Of a stretch of 32,000 bases of DNA, positions 1 through 7,939 are shown one piece after another. The notes under the pieces are model-generated. The model searched no databases, was not told where the DNA came from, and saw only the letters and a list, made by a program, of their open reading frames with translations. Origin of the DNA: Delftia acidovorans NBRC 14950. Lineage in GTDB: Bacteria; Pseudomonadota; Gammaproteobacteria; Burkholderiales; Burkholderiaceae_C. Position 1 is the first letter of the stretch, and every line of letters starts with the position of its first letter. A program made the translations under genes and the position numbers. The stretch spans positions 270,001 to 302,000 of the forward strand of contig NZ_BCZP01000001.1 of the NCBI RefSeq assembly GCF_001598795.1. The letters are read 5' to 3'.

Positions 1-29
1 GCGGTCCTTTTTTCCTTTCAGGCTGCGCC

Positions 30-1730
30 TCAGGCTTGGGCAGGTACGCGCCGGCTTTCCGGCTGCGCCGCCACCAGCCGGCCCGCCGCATGCAGCACGG
101 CCAGGATGGACGCGGTCACGATGTTGGCATGGCGCCCCGCACCGAAGCGCGTGCCCGTCACGCCGGGCAGGGCGGCCTCGACGATGGCCAGCGCCATGGC
201 CCCGGCGCCCTGGCCCAGGCTGCGCTCCTCGTAGTGGTCAATGCGCAGCGCCACGCCCAGGTGCTGGCCAATGGCGGCGGCCACGGCATCGATGGGGCCG
301 CTGCCTTCGCCATACAGCTGCAGCCGAAGGCCGTCTGGCCGGACCACTTCCAGCGCAATGCCCTGGCCCTGGGCGCTGTCGAACAGGTGGTGGCTGCGGT
401 AGTGCCAGGGAAGCTGCAGGGGTGCGAGGTAGGTCGCCTCGAACAGCTTCCACAGGTCGTCGCTGGCCAGCTCGGCCTCGCAGGCGTCCGCCTGTTTTTG
501 AACCACGGCGCTGAACTCCACCTGCATGCGGCGCGGCATGGTCACGCCATGGTCGCGCTGCAGCAAAAAGGCAATGCCGCCCTTGCCCGACTGGCTGTTG
601 ACGCGAACGATGCTGTCGTAGGTGCGGCCCAGGTCCTGCGGGTCGATGGGCAGGTAGGGAACGCGCCAGGGCGCATCGGGCCGCTGCGCCGCAAAGCCCT
701 TGGCGATGGCATCCTGGTGCGAGCCCGAGAACGCCGTGAACACCAGGTCGCCTACATAGGGGTGGCGCGGATGGATGGGCAGGGCCGTGCATTCCTCCGC
801 AATGCGCGCCACGGCGGCGATGTCCGAGAAGTCCAGTCCCGGCGCGATGCCCTGCGTGTACAGGTTCAGCGCCAGCGTCACCACATCGAGGTTGCCGCTG
901 CGCTCGCCATTGCCGAACAGGCAGCCTTCCACGCGCTGGGCGCCGGCCAGCAGCGCCTGCTCGGCGCAGGCCACGCCCGTGCCCCGGTCGTTGTGCGGGT
1001 GCACGGACAGCACGATGTGCTCGCGCCGTTCCAGGCGGCGGTGCATCCACTCGATCTGGTCGGCGAAGACATTGGCCGTGCTCACCTCCACCGTGGTCGG
1101 CAGGTTGATGATCATGGGCCGCGCGGGGCCTGCATCCCAGGTGCGGATGGCTGCGTTGCACACGGCCAGCGACACGTCGAGCTCGGCCATGCAGAAGGTC
1201 TCGGGCGAGTACTGCAGCACCCATTCGGTCTCGGGGTGGGCATCGGTCAGCTCGCGCAGCAGGGCGATGTGGTGCTCCACCATGGCGATGATCTCGGGCA
1301 CCTGCATGCCGAAGACGATCTCGCGCCAGGCCGGGGCAATGGCGTTGTAGAAGTGCACGATGGCGCGCCGCGCTCCGGCCACGCTGTCCACCGTGGCGCG
1401 GATCAGGTCCTCGCGCAGCTGGGTGATGACCATGGGCGTCACGTCGCCGGGGATCAGCCCGTTGTCGATCAGGTGGCGCACGATGCCGTAGTCGGTCTGC
1501 GAGGCCGAGGGAAAGCCCACCTCGATCTCCTTGAAGCCTATGCGCACCAGTTCATGGAACAGGCGCAGCTTGCGCTCGCGGTTCATGGGCTCGAACAGGG
1601 CCTGGTTGCCATCACGCAGGTCGGTGGACAGCCACACGGGCGCCTGGCTCAGCTGGCGTGAGGGCCATTGGCGCTCGGGCAGGTCGATGGCAGGGAAGGG
1701 AAGGTATCGGGACGCGGGATTCTTCAGCAT
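30..1730 (-). CDS. leuA: 2-isopropylmalate synthase, long (LeuA type 2) form
   Basis: From ORF 30..1766(-). The translation carries DLRDGNQAL and HPHNDRGTG motifs of the pyruvate carboxyltransferase barrel, plus a long C-terminal LeuA regulatory domain. Position 1766 is a GTG. The first ATG (1730, MLKNPASRYLPF...) fits the usual N-terminus. Confidence 0.9.
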   Translation of the reverse strand: MLKNPASRYLPFPAIDLPERQWPSRQLSQAPVWLSTDLRDGNQALFEPMNRERKLRLFHELVRIGFKEIEVGFPSASQTDYGIVRHLIDNGLIPGDVTPMVITQLREDLIRATVDSVAGARRAIVHFYNAIAPAWREIVFGMQVPEIIAMVEHHIALLRELTDAHPETEWVLQYSPETFCMAELDVSLAVCNAAIRTWDAGPARPMIINLPTTVEVSTANVFADQIEWMHRRLERREHIVLSVHPHNDRGTGVACAEQALLAGAQRVEGCLFGNGERSGNLDVVTLALNLYTQGIAPGLDFSDIAAVARIAEECTALPIHPRHPYVGDLVFTAFSGSHQDAIAKGFAAQRPDAPWRVPYLPIDPQDLGRTYDSIVRVNSQSGKGGIAFLLQRDHGVTMPRRMQVEFSAVVQKQADACEAELASDDLWKLFEATYLAPLQLPWHYRSHHLFDSAQGQGIALEVVRPDGLRLQLYGEGSGPIDAVAAAIGQHLGVALRIDHYEERSLGQGAGAMALAIVEAALPGVTGTRFGAGRHANIVTASILAVLHAAGRLVAAQPESRRVPAQA

Positions 1731-2011
1731 GCGGGCCTCGCAGGAAACGCTGGGGTTTGCAGCCACCGGATCGGCCGGCGGCGCCGCTCTCCTGGCTTCC
1801 CGGTGGGGGGAAGCTGCGCCAGGCCGGGATCAGGGAGAGTCGGTGCGAAATGCGGCGCCTGCGCAGGCGCCCGGACCCCGGCCATGGGCCAGGGATAGTA
1901 GGGAGGGCGAGGGCAGGCTGTGCATGGTGCGATGGCGGTGAATCACAGGGAACGGGTGCCAGTTTGCGGGCAGGGTGCTTGTCTGTCTTTATAGAATTTC
2001 TCATTTTCTAT

Positions 2012-2905
2012 ATGGATCTGGACAATATGCGCACGACCCATGCCCCGGCTTCGGCAGCCGCCGTTCCCTGCAGCCATGCCGGGCTGCCCGAGCTGCAGGC
2101 CGCCGCACCGCTGCCGGTCACGGGCGTGGCCGCCGACTATCCGGCGGGGCTGGAGGTGGAGGAACACTCCCACGAATGCTGCCAGCTGCTCTATGCCGTG
2201 CAGGGGGTGCTGGAGGTGCGCGCAGGCAGCGGGCGCTGGGTGGTGCCGCCCACGCGCGGCGTCTGGCTGCGCTCGGGCGTGCCCCACGGCCTGCGCATGC
2301 GCGGCGCGGTACAGGTGCGCAGCCTGTTCGTCGATGCGCAGGCCGCTGCAGACCTGCCGGGTACGGACTGCGTGATCGAGGTCTCTCCCCTGCTGCGCGA
2401 GCTCATCAGCGAGGTGGCGCGCTGGCCTGCATCGGCACCGCCGGGGCGGCGTGAATCCATGGTGGTCGAGCTATTGCTGCAGGAACTGCGCCAGCCGCCC
2501 GTGGTGCCGTTTCACCTGCCCTGGCCGCAGGATGCGCGCATGGCCGCTGTCTGCCATGCGCTGGCCGAAGGAGAGGGGGCGGATGGCCTTGCCGCCGCAG
2601 CCGCGACAGGCGCCGCAACTGCCATAGGCGCCGCAACTGCCACAGCCGCCGGCTGGGCCGCACGGCTGGCCATGGGCGAGAAGACCTTCCATCGCCACTT
2701 TCTGCAGGCCACGGGAATGAGTTTTGGCCGCTGGCGTCAGCGCGCACGGCTGCTGTCATCCATGCAGGCGCTGCTGGCCGGAAGGCCCATCGTGCAAGTG
2801 GCGCTGGAGGCCGGCTATGAAAGCCACAGCGCCTATTCGCTGGCCTTCAGGCGCCAGTTCGGCATGCCGCCCTCGGCCTTCGGGGCCAGGGGCGACAGGC
2901 TGTAG
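2012..2905 (+). CDS. AraC-family transcriptional regulator (N-terminal cupin, C-terminal HTH)
   Basis: This is the C-terminal 298 codons of ORF 1658..2905. It has a cupin-like region (EEHSHECCQLLYAVQGVLEV) and an AraC HTH (FHRHFLQATGMSFGRWRQRARLL...VALEAGYESHSAYSLAFRRQFGMPPSAF). ATG 2012 is the first start after an AT-rich promoter-like patch. ATG 2027 is an alternative. Confidence 0.8.
   Translation: MDLDNMRTTHAPASAAAVPCSHAGLPELQAAAPLPVTGVAADYPAGLEVEEHSHECCQLLYAVQGVLEVRAGSGRWVVPPTRGVWLRSGVPHGLRMRGAVQVRSLFVDAQAAADLPGTDCVIEVSPLLRELISEVARWPASAPPGRRESMVVELLLQELRQPPVVPFHLPWPQDARMAAVCHALAEGEGADGLAAAAATGAATAIGAATATAAGWAARLAMGEKTFHRHFLQATGMSFGRWRQRARLLSSMQALLAGRPIVQVALEAGYESHSAYSLAFRRQFGMPPSAFGARGDRL
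2608..2643 (+). repeat. 2 x 18-bp in-frame tandem repeat inside the AraC-family gene
   Basis: aggcgccgcaactgccat (2608..2625) is followed directly by aggcgccgcaactgccac (2626..2643), 17/18 identical. It encodes GAATAI-GAATAT within an Ala/Gly-rich stretch just before the HTH. Confidence 0.9.
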
Positions 2906-2919
2906 GGGGCCGGGCCGTG

Positions 2920-3468
2920 TCAGGCGGCCTTCCAGATGATGTAGTCGGCTTGGTACTGCACCACCTGCTTTTGGCCCAGCGTGGAGCTGTTGCAGGCCAT
3001 GGCCGGCGCCACCCCGCCGCGCGTGGCCACGCGCTGGATATAGGTCACGCCCTGCATGGCGCCCATGCCGGTGGCAGGTTCGGCCTTGACCAGTTGCAGG
3101 GGGATGTTGCCAGCGCTGGACGGAGCCACCGCGACCTGGGTGGCCGTGACCTTGGAGCCGTCCTGGTGCGCCCAGGTGGCGGGCGGGCCGAAGTAGCGGC
3201 CGATGACGCGGCCCTGGCGGTCCGTCAAACGCGCATCGGGGCCGACAAAGGCCCACTCCTGCTCCATCGCCTGGTCCTTCTTGGCGCGGCACTCATAGGT
3301 GATCTGGCCGATGCCGACGGTTTCCATGGCGACCTTGTGGCCTGCGGGCACCTGCACGGCGGCCGGCAGGCCGGACTGGGAGTAGCTCTTGCCCATGTCC
3401 ATGGAGGAGCAGGCGCCAAGCGTCAGTGCAGCCATGGTGGCCAGGCCGAGGGGGAGGATGTAGCTCAT
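2920..3468 (-). CDS. DUF3455-family lipoprotein (function unknown)
   Basis: This is the C-terminal 182 codons of ORF 2920..4278(-), starting at ATG 3468 with GGAG 7 nt upstream. It has a signal peptide with lipobox LTLGAC. The body (GQITYEC...WAFVGPDARL...GPPATWAHQDGSKV...IPLQLVKA...VTYIQRVATRGGVAP...ADYIIW) matches my memory of the DUF3455 family. Confidence 0.8.
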   Translation of the reverse strand: MSYILPLGLATMAALTLGACSSMDMGKSYSQSGLPAAVQVPAGHKVAMETVGIGQITYECRAKKDQAMEQEWAFVGPDARLTDRQGRVIGRYFGPPATWAHQDGSKVTATQVAVAPSSAGNIPLQLVKAEPATGMGAMQGVTYIQRVATRGGVAPAMACNSSTLGQKQVVQYQADYIIWKAA

Positions 3469-3534
3469 GAGGTTCTCCAGGTCGATGGGTTGAGGGGTGT
3501 CGCCTTGGACCGCTGTCCGGGGCGCGACATACGG

Positions 3535-3562
3535 AATACGCAGCATGGGTGAGGTTGGATTC
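3535..3562 (-). promoter_or_regulatory. Putative ECF-type promoter facing the DUF3455 gene (GAATCC-N16-CGTATT)
   Basis: Read on the minus strand: GAATCC (3562..3557), a 16-nt spacer, then CGTATT (3540..3535). It lies about 65 nt upstream of ATG 3468. It is the mirror image of the motif at 3588..3615. Confidence 0.4.
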
Positions 3563-3587
3563 ACCTGGGTGCAAAAAAAATTTATCC

Positions 3588-3615
3588 GCATCCGGTTCGC
3601 AATGTGCTGCGTATT
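3588..3615 (+). promoter_or_regulatory. Putative ECF-type (autoregulatory) promoter facing the ECF sigma gene (GCATCC-N16-CGTATT)
   Basis: GCATCC (3588..3593), a 16-nt spacer, then CGTATT (3610..3615). It shares the 11-mer TGCTGCGTATT with the minus-strand motif. It lies about 155 nt upstream of ATG 3772. Confidence 0.4.
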
Positions 3616-3771
3616 GCCCAGTGAGAGCTGGCGCAGGCCGGCAGACCGGTACCAGACCCCCTGCAGGCCACCGATATGACCCCTGCAGCCGATTGAAAGA
3701 CACGACAAGCACCCCGGGCGGCCACGCAACAGTGCGGGCCACGGGGCCGCCCGCTCGCCCACAATGCGTGC

Positions 3772-4356
3772 ATGGGCACCACACCAACCGACCAAGAGCT
3801 GATGGACCTTCTGGACCGCATCGCAGCGCAGGACGAGCCCGCGCTCCGCAGCCTGTACGAGGCCACCTCGTCCCGGCTGTACGGGCTGGCGTTGCGCATC
3901 CTGCGGCACAAGGACTGGGCCGAAGACGTGCTGCAGGACAGCTACCTGCACATCTGGCGCAGCGCCTCGGGCTACCGGGGCACGCTGAGCCCGCCGCTGG
4001 CCTGGATGGGCCTGGTGGTGCGCAGCCGGGCCCTGGACTTTCTGCGCCGGCGCCGCGCCGAACGCCTGCACCTGAACGAAGAGTTCGACGAGGCGCAACT
4101 GGCGGCCCATGGCGGCGGGAACGATGAAAGCCAGGGCCCGCTGCAACTGGCCGAGGCCAGCGAACAGGCCGTGGCGCTGTACCAGTGCCTGGAGCGGCTG
4201 GAAGGCCGCCAGCGCGAGGTGGTCAGCCTGGCCTATCTGCGCGACCTCAGCCATGGCGAGCTGGCGGGCCAGCTGCAACTGCCGCTGGGCACGGTCAAGA
4301 CCTGGATACGGCGTGGCCTGGAGCAGCTGCGCCGCTGCCTGTCACGCCATGCGTGA
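3772..4356 (+). CDS. ECF-subfamily RNA polymerase sigma-70 factor
   Basis: 194 aa. Region 2 (AEDVLQDSYLHIWRSASGY) and region 4 (REVVSLAYLRDLSHGELAGQLQLPLGTVKTWIRRGL) are clear. Confidence 0.9.
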   Translation: MGTTPTDQELMDLLDRIAAQDEPALRSLYEATSSRLYGLALRILRHKDWAEDVLQDSYLHIWRSASGYRGTLSPPLAWMGLVVRSRALDFLRRRRAERLHLNEEFDEAQLAAHGGGNDESQGPLQLAEASEQAVALYQCLERLEGRQREVVSLAYLRDLSHGELAGQLQLPLGTVKTWIRRGLEQLRRCLSRHA

Positions 4357-4393
4357 AGCAGTTGACATGCTCTGAGCGGCCAAAGGATTTGCC

Positions 4394-5221
4394 ATGAATA
4401 TTTCCCGACACCCCGAACTGCTGGACCGGCTGGCCGCCGCTTACGCCCTGGGCACGCTGCGGGGCGCGGCACGCCGCCGCTTCGAGCAACTGGCCCGTGA
4501 CCAGGCCCCGGTGCGCGCCGCCGCCCTGCTGTGGCAGGGCCGCTGGTCGGCCCTGTCCGAAATGCAGGCGCCCGTACGCCCTGACGATGCGGTCTGGGTC
4601 CGTATCGACAACCTGCTGCAGGCCGAAAAGGCCCGCGCCACCCAGGCGCACCGGCGGCGCGCCGACGATGCGCCTGGCATGGCCCGGCGCACGGAATCCG
4701 CCGTGGGCCGCGCCCTGGCCTGGTGGCGCGGCGCCGCCGTGCTGGGCGCCTGCGCCACCGTGGCGGCCGTGGCCGTGGGGCTGTGGTCGCACCAGGACCT
4801 GCGCCAAAGCGGCGAGCGCCAGCTGGCCGTGCTGAACAACCAGCTGCAGGCCACCCAGGCTGCGCTGCAGGCCGCGCCCCAGATCCAGTACGTGGCCGTG
4901 CTGGCCGACGACAAGGCCGATGCCTCCATGCTCGTGACCTTCGACCCCGGCAAGAACACCCTGGTGCTGCAGCGCGTGGGCGACTTCCATGAGGCCTCCG
5001 ACAAATCACTGCAGCTGTGGGCCCTGCCGCCCCAGGGCGGCCCGCAATCGCTGGGCGTGCTGGGACGCGACAAGCTGGTCAAGCTGACCGCCGCGGCCGC
5101 CGAGGTCCAGGGCGTGCCTGCCCTGGCCATCAGCCTGGAGCCCAAGGGCGGCGTGCCCAGCCAGACCGGGCCCACGGGGCCGGTGCTGTTCAAGGGTGCG
5201 CTGATCCGGCGCGACCTGTAG
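4394..5221 (+). CDS. Anti-sigma factor, RskA (anti-sigma-K) type, single-pass membrane protein
   Basis: 275 aa, starting 37 nt after the sigma gene, with AAAGGA 6 nt upstream of the ATG. It has an N-terminal anti-sigma helix region (LAAAYALGTL), one TM segment (AAVLGACATVAAVAVGLW) and a C-terminal RskA-like domain (LQLWALPP...ALAISLEPKGG). Confidence 0.8.
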   Translation: MNISRHPELLDRLAAAYALGTLRGAARRRFEQLARDQAPVRAAALLWQGRWSALSEMQAPVRPDDAVWVRIDNLLQAEKARATQAHRRRADDAPGMARRTESAVGRALAWWRGAAVLGACATVAAVAVGLWSHQDLRQSGERQLAVLNNQLQATQAALQAAPQIQYVAVLADDKADASMLVTFDPGKNTLVLQRVGDFHEASDKSLQLWALPPQGGPQSLGVLGRDKLVKLTAAAAEVQGVPALAISLEPKGGVPSQTGPTGPVLFKGALIRRDL

Positions 5222-5453
5222 CGCGCCGCGCAGGCCCGCTCGCCATTGGCGACGGCCGTGCTGCTGCACAACGCAGCCTGCTTGCTCTGGCCAGAGCAGG
5301 GCGCGCGTGCAGCGCTGGCTGGCCGGCCTCTGTTTCGCTGCCGGGCGCGGCAGCCTTCTCCAAGCGCGTGCGCCTGGTGCCCGACCGGCGGCTATGCTGG
5401 CCGGCACTCAGTCGCCCGCGCCTTGCCGGCGGTGCCTTCCCTTTTTTGCCGAC

Positions 5454-6392
5454 ATGCTTTCTTCCCTCCAAGACCTGACCTGGCTGTGGGTGCCCGTGGT
5501 GCTGTTCGCCGCAGCCGCCCAGACCGTGCGCAACACGGCCCAGCGCTCGCTGACCGCCGAGCTCGGCACCCTGCCGGCCACCCTGGTGCGCTTTCTCTAC
5601 GGCCTTCCGTTTGCCGGCATCTACCTGCTGGCGCTGTACCTGGGAGGCGATGGCGCCTGGACGCTGCCCCGGTTCTCATGGGCCTACCTGGGCTGGATCG
5701 CGCTGGGGGCCTTCTTCCAGGTCGCGGCCACGGCGGCGCTGCTGCTGGCCATGAAGGAGCGCAACTTCGCCGTGGCCGTCACCCTGTCCAAGACCGAGGT
5801 GCTGCAGGTGGCCCTGTTCGCCGGCATCTTCCTGCACGAGATGCCCACGTTCGTGGCCCTGTTGGCCATGGGGCTGGCCACCTTTGGCGTGCTCATCCTG
5901 TCGCTGCCGCCGCGCGGCCAGATGCTGTCGCTGTCGGCTTGGGCCAGCCGCTCGGCACTCTACGGCCTGGCCTGCGGTGCCTGCTTTGCCATTGCCACCG
6001 TGGGTTATCGGGGCGGCGCCGTGGAACTGGCGCGCCTGGGCGAGATATCTCCCTGGCTGTCAGGCGCCTGGGGCGTGCTGATCGCCCAGCTCATGCAGAC
6101 CCTGGGCCTGGGCGCCTGGATCGCGCGCACCCACGCGCAGGGCCTGCGCCCCATCTTCCGTGCCTGGCGCGTCTCGCTGCTGGCCGGCGGCATGGGCGCG
6201 GCCGCCTCGCTGGCCTGGTTCACCGCCTACGCCATGCAGGGCGCGGCACCCGTGCGCACGCTGGGCATGGTCGAGGTGGTGTTCAGCTACATCGTCTCGC
6301 GCCGCGTGCTCAGCGAAAGCCTGAGCCGCCAGGAAATGATCGGCATGGCTCTGATGGTGCTGGGACTGGTGCTGATCTGCCTGCAGGGATGA
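5454..6392 (+). CDS. DMT-superfamily (EamA-like) membrane transporter
   Basis: From ORF 5307..6392. The protein is highly hydrophobic, about 10 TM segments in two similar halves. ATG 5454 (MLSSLQDLTWLWVPVVLF) puts the first TM at the N-terminus. The start is uncertain; 5394 and 5307 are alternatives. Confidence 0.7.
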   Translation: MLSSLQDLTWLWVPVVLFAAAAQTVRNTAQRSLTAELGTLPATLVRFLYGLPFAGIYLLALYLGGDGAWTLPRFSWAYLGWIALGAFFQVAATAALLLAMKERNFAVAVTLSKTEVLQVALFAGIFLHEMPTFVALLAMGLATFGVLILSLPPRGQMLSLSAWASRSALYGLACGACFAIATVGYRGGAVELARLGEISPWLSGAWGVLIAQLMQTLGLGAWIARTHAQGLRPIFRAWRVSLLAGGMGAAASLAWFTAYAMQGAAPVRTLGMVEVVFSYIVSRRVLSESLSRQEMIGMALMVLGLVLICLQG

Positions 6393-6426
6393 ATGGTCCG
6401 GGGCCTGTGTGAACAAGCCCTGTGGG

Positions 6427-6442
6427 CTGTATGAATGCACAG
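6427..6442 (+). promoter_or_regulatory. LexA (SOS) box CTGT-N8-ACAG upstream of or overlapping the dinB start
   Basis: The sequence is CTGTATGAATGCACAG, which fits the proteobacterial LexA consensus CTGT-N8-ACAG. dinB is a canonical SOS gene. Confidence 0.7.
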
Positions 6443-7748
6443 TTGCCGCAATAATGGCGGCGTGCCTGAAACGACACCCACGACACCCACAAGCCCTGCC
6501 GATGCTGCGCCCCCGCGCCGCATCGCCCACCTGGACATGGACGCCTTCTATGCCTCGGTGGAGCTGCTGCGCTATCCGCAGCTCAAGGGGCTGCCCGTGG
6601 TCATCGGCGGCGGACGCCGCGCGCACGACGAGGCGCTGGATGCGCGCTACGCCGGGCGGCTGCACGAGATTCCGGTGGACGAGTTCTCGCGCCTCAAGGA
6701 CTACGTGGGCCGGGGCGTGATCACCACGGCCACCTACCCGGCGCGCCAGTTCGGCGTGGGCTCGGCCATGGGCATGATGAAGGCCGCGCGCCTGTGCCCG
6801 CAGGCCATCCTGCTGCCCGTGGACTTTGCCGAGGTGCGGCGCTTCTCGCGCATGTTCAAGGACATCATCGTCTCCATCGCCCCGCTGATGGAGGACCGCG
6901 GCGTGGACGAGGTCTACATCGACTTCACCGATGTGCCCGGTGGCCAGCGCGAAGGCGGGCGCGTGCTGGCGCGGCTGATCCAGAAAACCATCACCGACGC
7001 CACGGGCCTGACCTGCTCCATCGGCGTGGCGCCCAACAAGCTGCTGGCCAAGATGGCCAGCGAATTCAACAAGCCCAACGGCATCTCCATCGTCCAGCCC
7101 GACGATCTGCAGGCCGTGATCTGGCCGCTGGCCTGCCGCAAGATCAACGGCATAGGCCCCAAGGCCGACGCCAAGCTGCAATCGCTGGGCATACAGACCA
7201 TTGGCGAGCTGGCCACGCAAAGCCTGCCCCAGCTCGTGCAGTGGTTCGGCCGCGCCTACGGCAACTGGCTGCATGGCGTGTCCTGGGGGCGTGACGAGCG
7301 GCCCGTGGTGACGCACAGCGAGCCCGTCTCCATGAGCCGCGAAACCACCTTCGAGCGCGACCTGCACGCCGTGCGCGACCGGGCCGAACTGAGCGCCATC
7401 TTCACCGACCTGTGCGAACGCCTGGCCCAGGACCTGCAGCGCAAGGGCTACATGGGCCGCACCGTCGGCATCAAGCTGCGCTACGACGACTTCAAGACCG
7501 CCACGCGCGACCACACGCTGGAACTGCCCATGGCCGATGCCGCCACCCTGCGCCGCGCCGCAGGCCAATGCCTCAAGCGCGTGCCCCTGGCCAAGCGGCT
7601 GCGCCTGCTGGGCGTGCGCGTGGGCAACCTCGTTCGCACGGCCGACTGGAACGCCACCGCCCACGACCCGCTGGCGCGCGAGCAACTGCTCAGGGGCCCG
7701 GCCCAGCCCGCGCCGGACAGCGATCCCTTTACACCTCAACTGTTCTGA
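6435..7748 (+). CDS. dinB: DNA polymerase IV (Y-family translesion polymerase)
   Basis: Motifs include RIAHLDMDAFYASVE, ATYPARQFGV, SIGVAPNKLLAKMAS and KINGIGPK. ATG 6435 lies inside the SOS box, so the in-frame GTG 6462 is a plausible true start. Confidence 0.9.
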   Translation: MHSCRNNGGVPETTPTTPTSPADAAPPRRIAHLDMDAFYASVELLRYPQLKGLPVVIGGGRRAHDEALDARYAGRLHEIPVDEFSRLKDYVGRGVITTATYPARQFGVGSAMGMMKAARLCPQAILLPVDFAEVRRFSRMFKDIIVSIAPLMEDRGVDEVYIDFTDVPGGQREGGRVLARLIQKTITDATGLTCSIGVAPNKLLAKMASEFNKPNGISIVQPDDLQAVIWPLACRKINGIGPKADAKLQSLGIQTIGELATQSLPQLVQWFGRAYGNWLHGVSWGRDERPVVTHSEPVSMSRETTFERDLHAVRDRAELSAIFTDLCERLAQDLQRKGYMGRTVGIKLRYDDFKTATRDHTLELPMADAATLRRAAGQCLKRVPLAKRLRLLGVRVGNLVRTADWNATAHDPLAREQLLRGPAQPAPDSDPFTPQLF

Positions 7749-7939
7749 ATCATCACCACAAATCTGGCGCACACGCTGTAAGACCATGCACCAGTTCCGA
7801 GCATGAGACTGCGGTTGCCGTGCTGTGAGATGATTTGGAAATGTGAATTTGTGTTTCCGTTTGATGGATTCCGGTGGCTTCAGAGCGTTTTGCCATGCCA
7901 TTTCACAAGAACAAGAGACATCCCAAAGGAGTGGTACCC

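Noticed and set aside
1-29. T-tract (8..13) preceded by GC-rich sequence at the window edge, possibly the end of a terminator for an upstream plus-strand gene or a bidirectional terminator with leuA
   Set aside because: The stem would lie outside the window, so it cannot be evaluated.
36-1661. 541-aa ORF on the plus strand
   Set aside because: It is antisense to a clearly recognisable leuA. Its composition (runs of G/A/R/H/V/Q) is typical of shadow ORFs in high-GC DNA, and it has no recognisable motifs.
1658-2011. N-terminal 118 codons of ORF 1658..2905(+)
   Set aside because: It overlaps the leuA start and the intergenic region and has an Arg/Gly-rich nonsense-like composition. The AraC homology only begins after ATG 2012.
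3469-4278. N-terminal 270 codons of the 452-aa ORF 2920..4278(-)
   Set aside because: This part is antisense to the ECF sigma gene and crosses the AT-rich promoter region. The real gene begins at the signal peptide (ATG 3468), which has its own RBS.
6060-7901. 613-aa ORF on the minus strand
   Set aside because: It is antisense to dinB and the end of the DMT transporter gene. It is a shadow ORF with no motifs.
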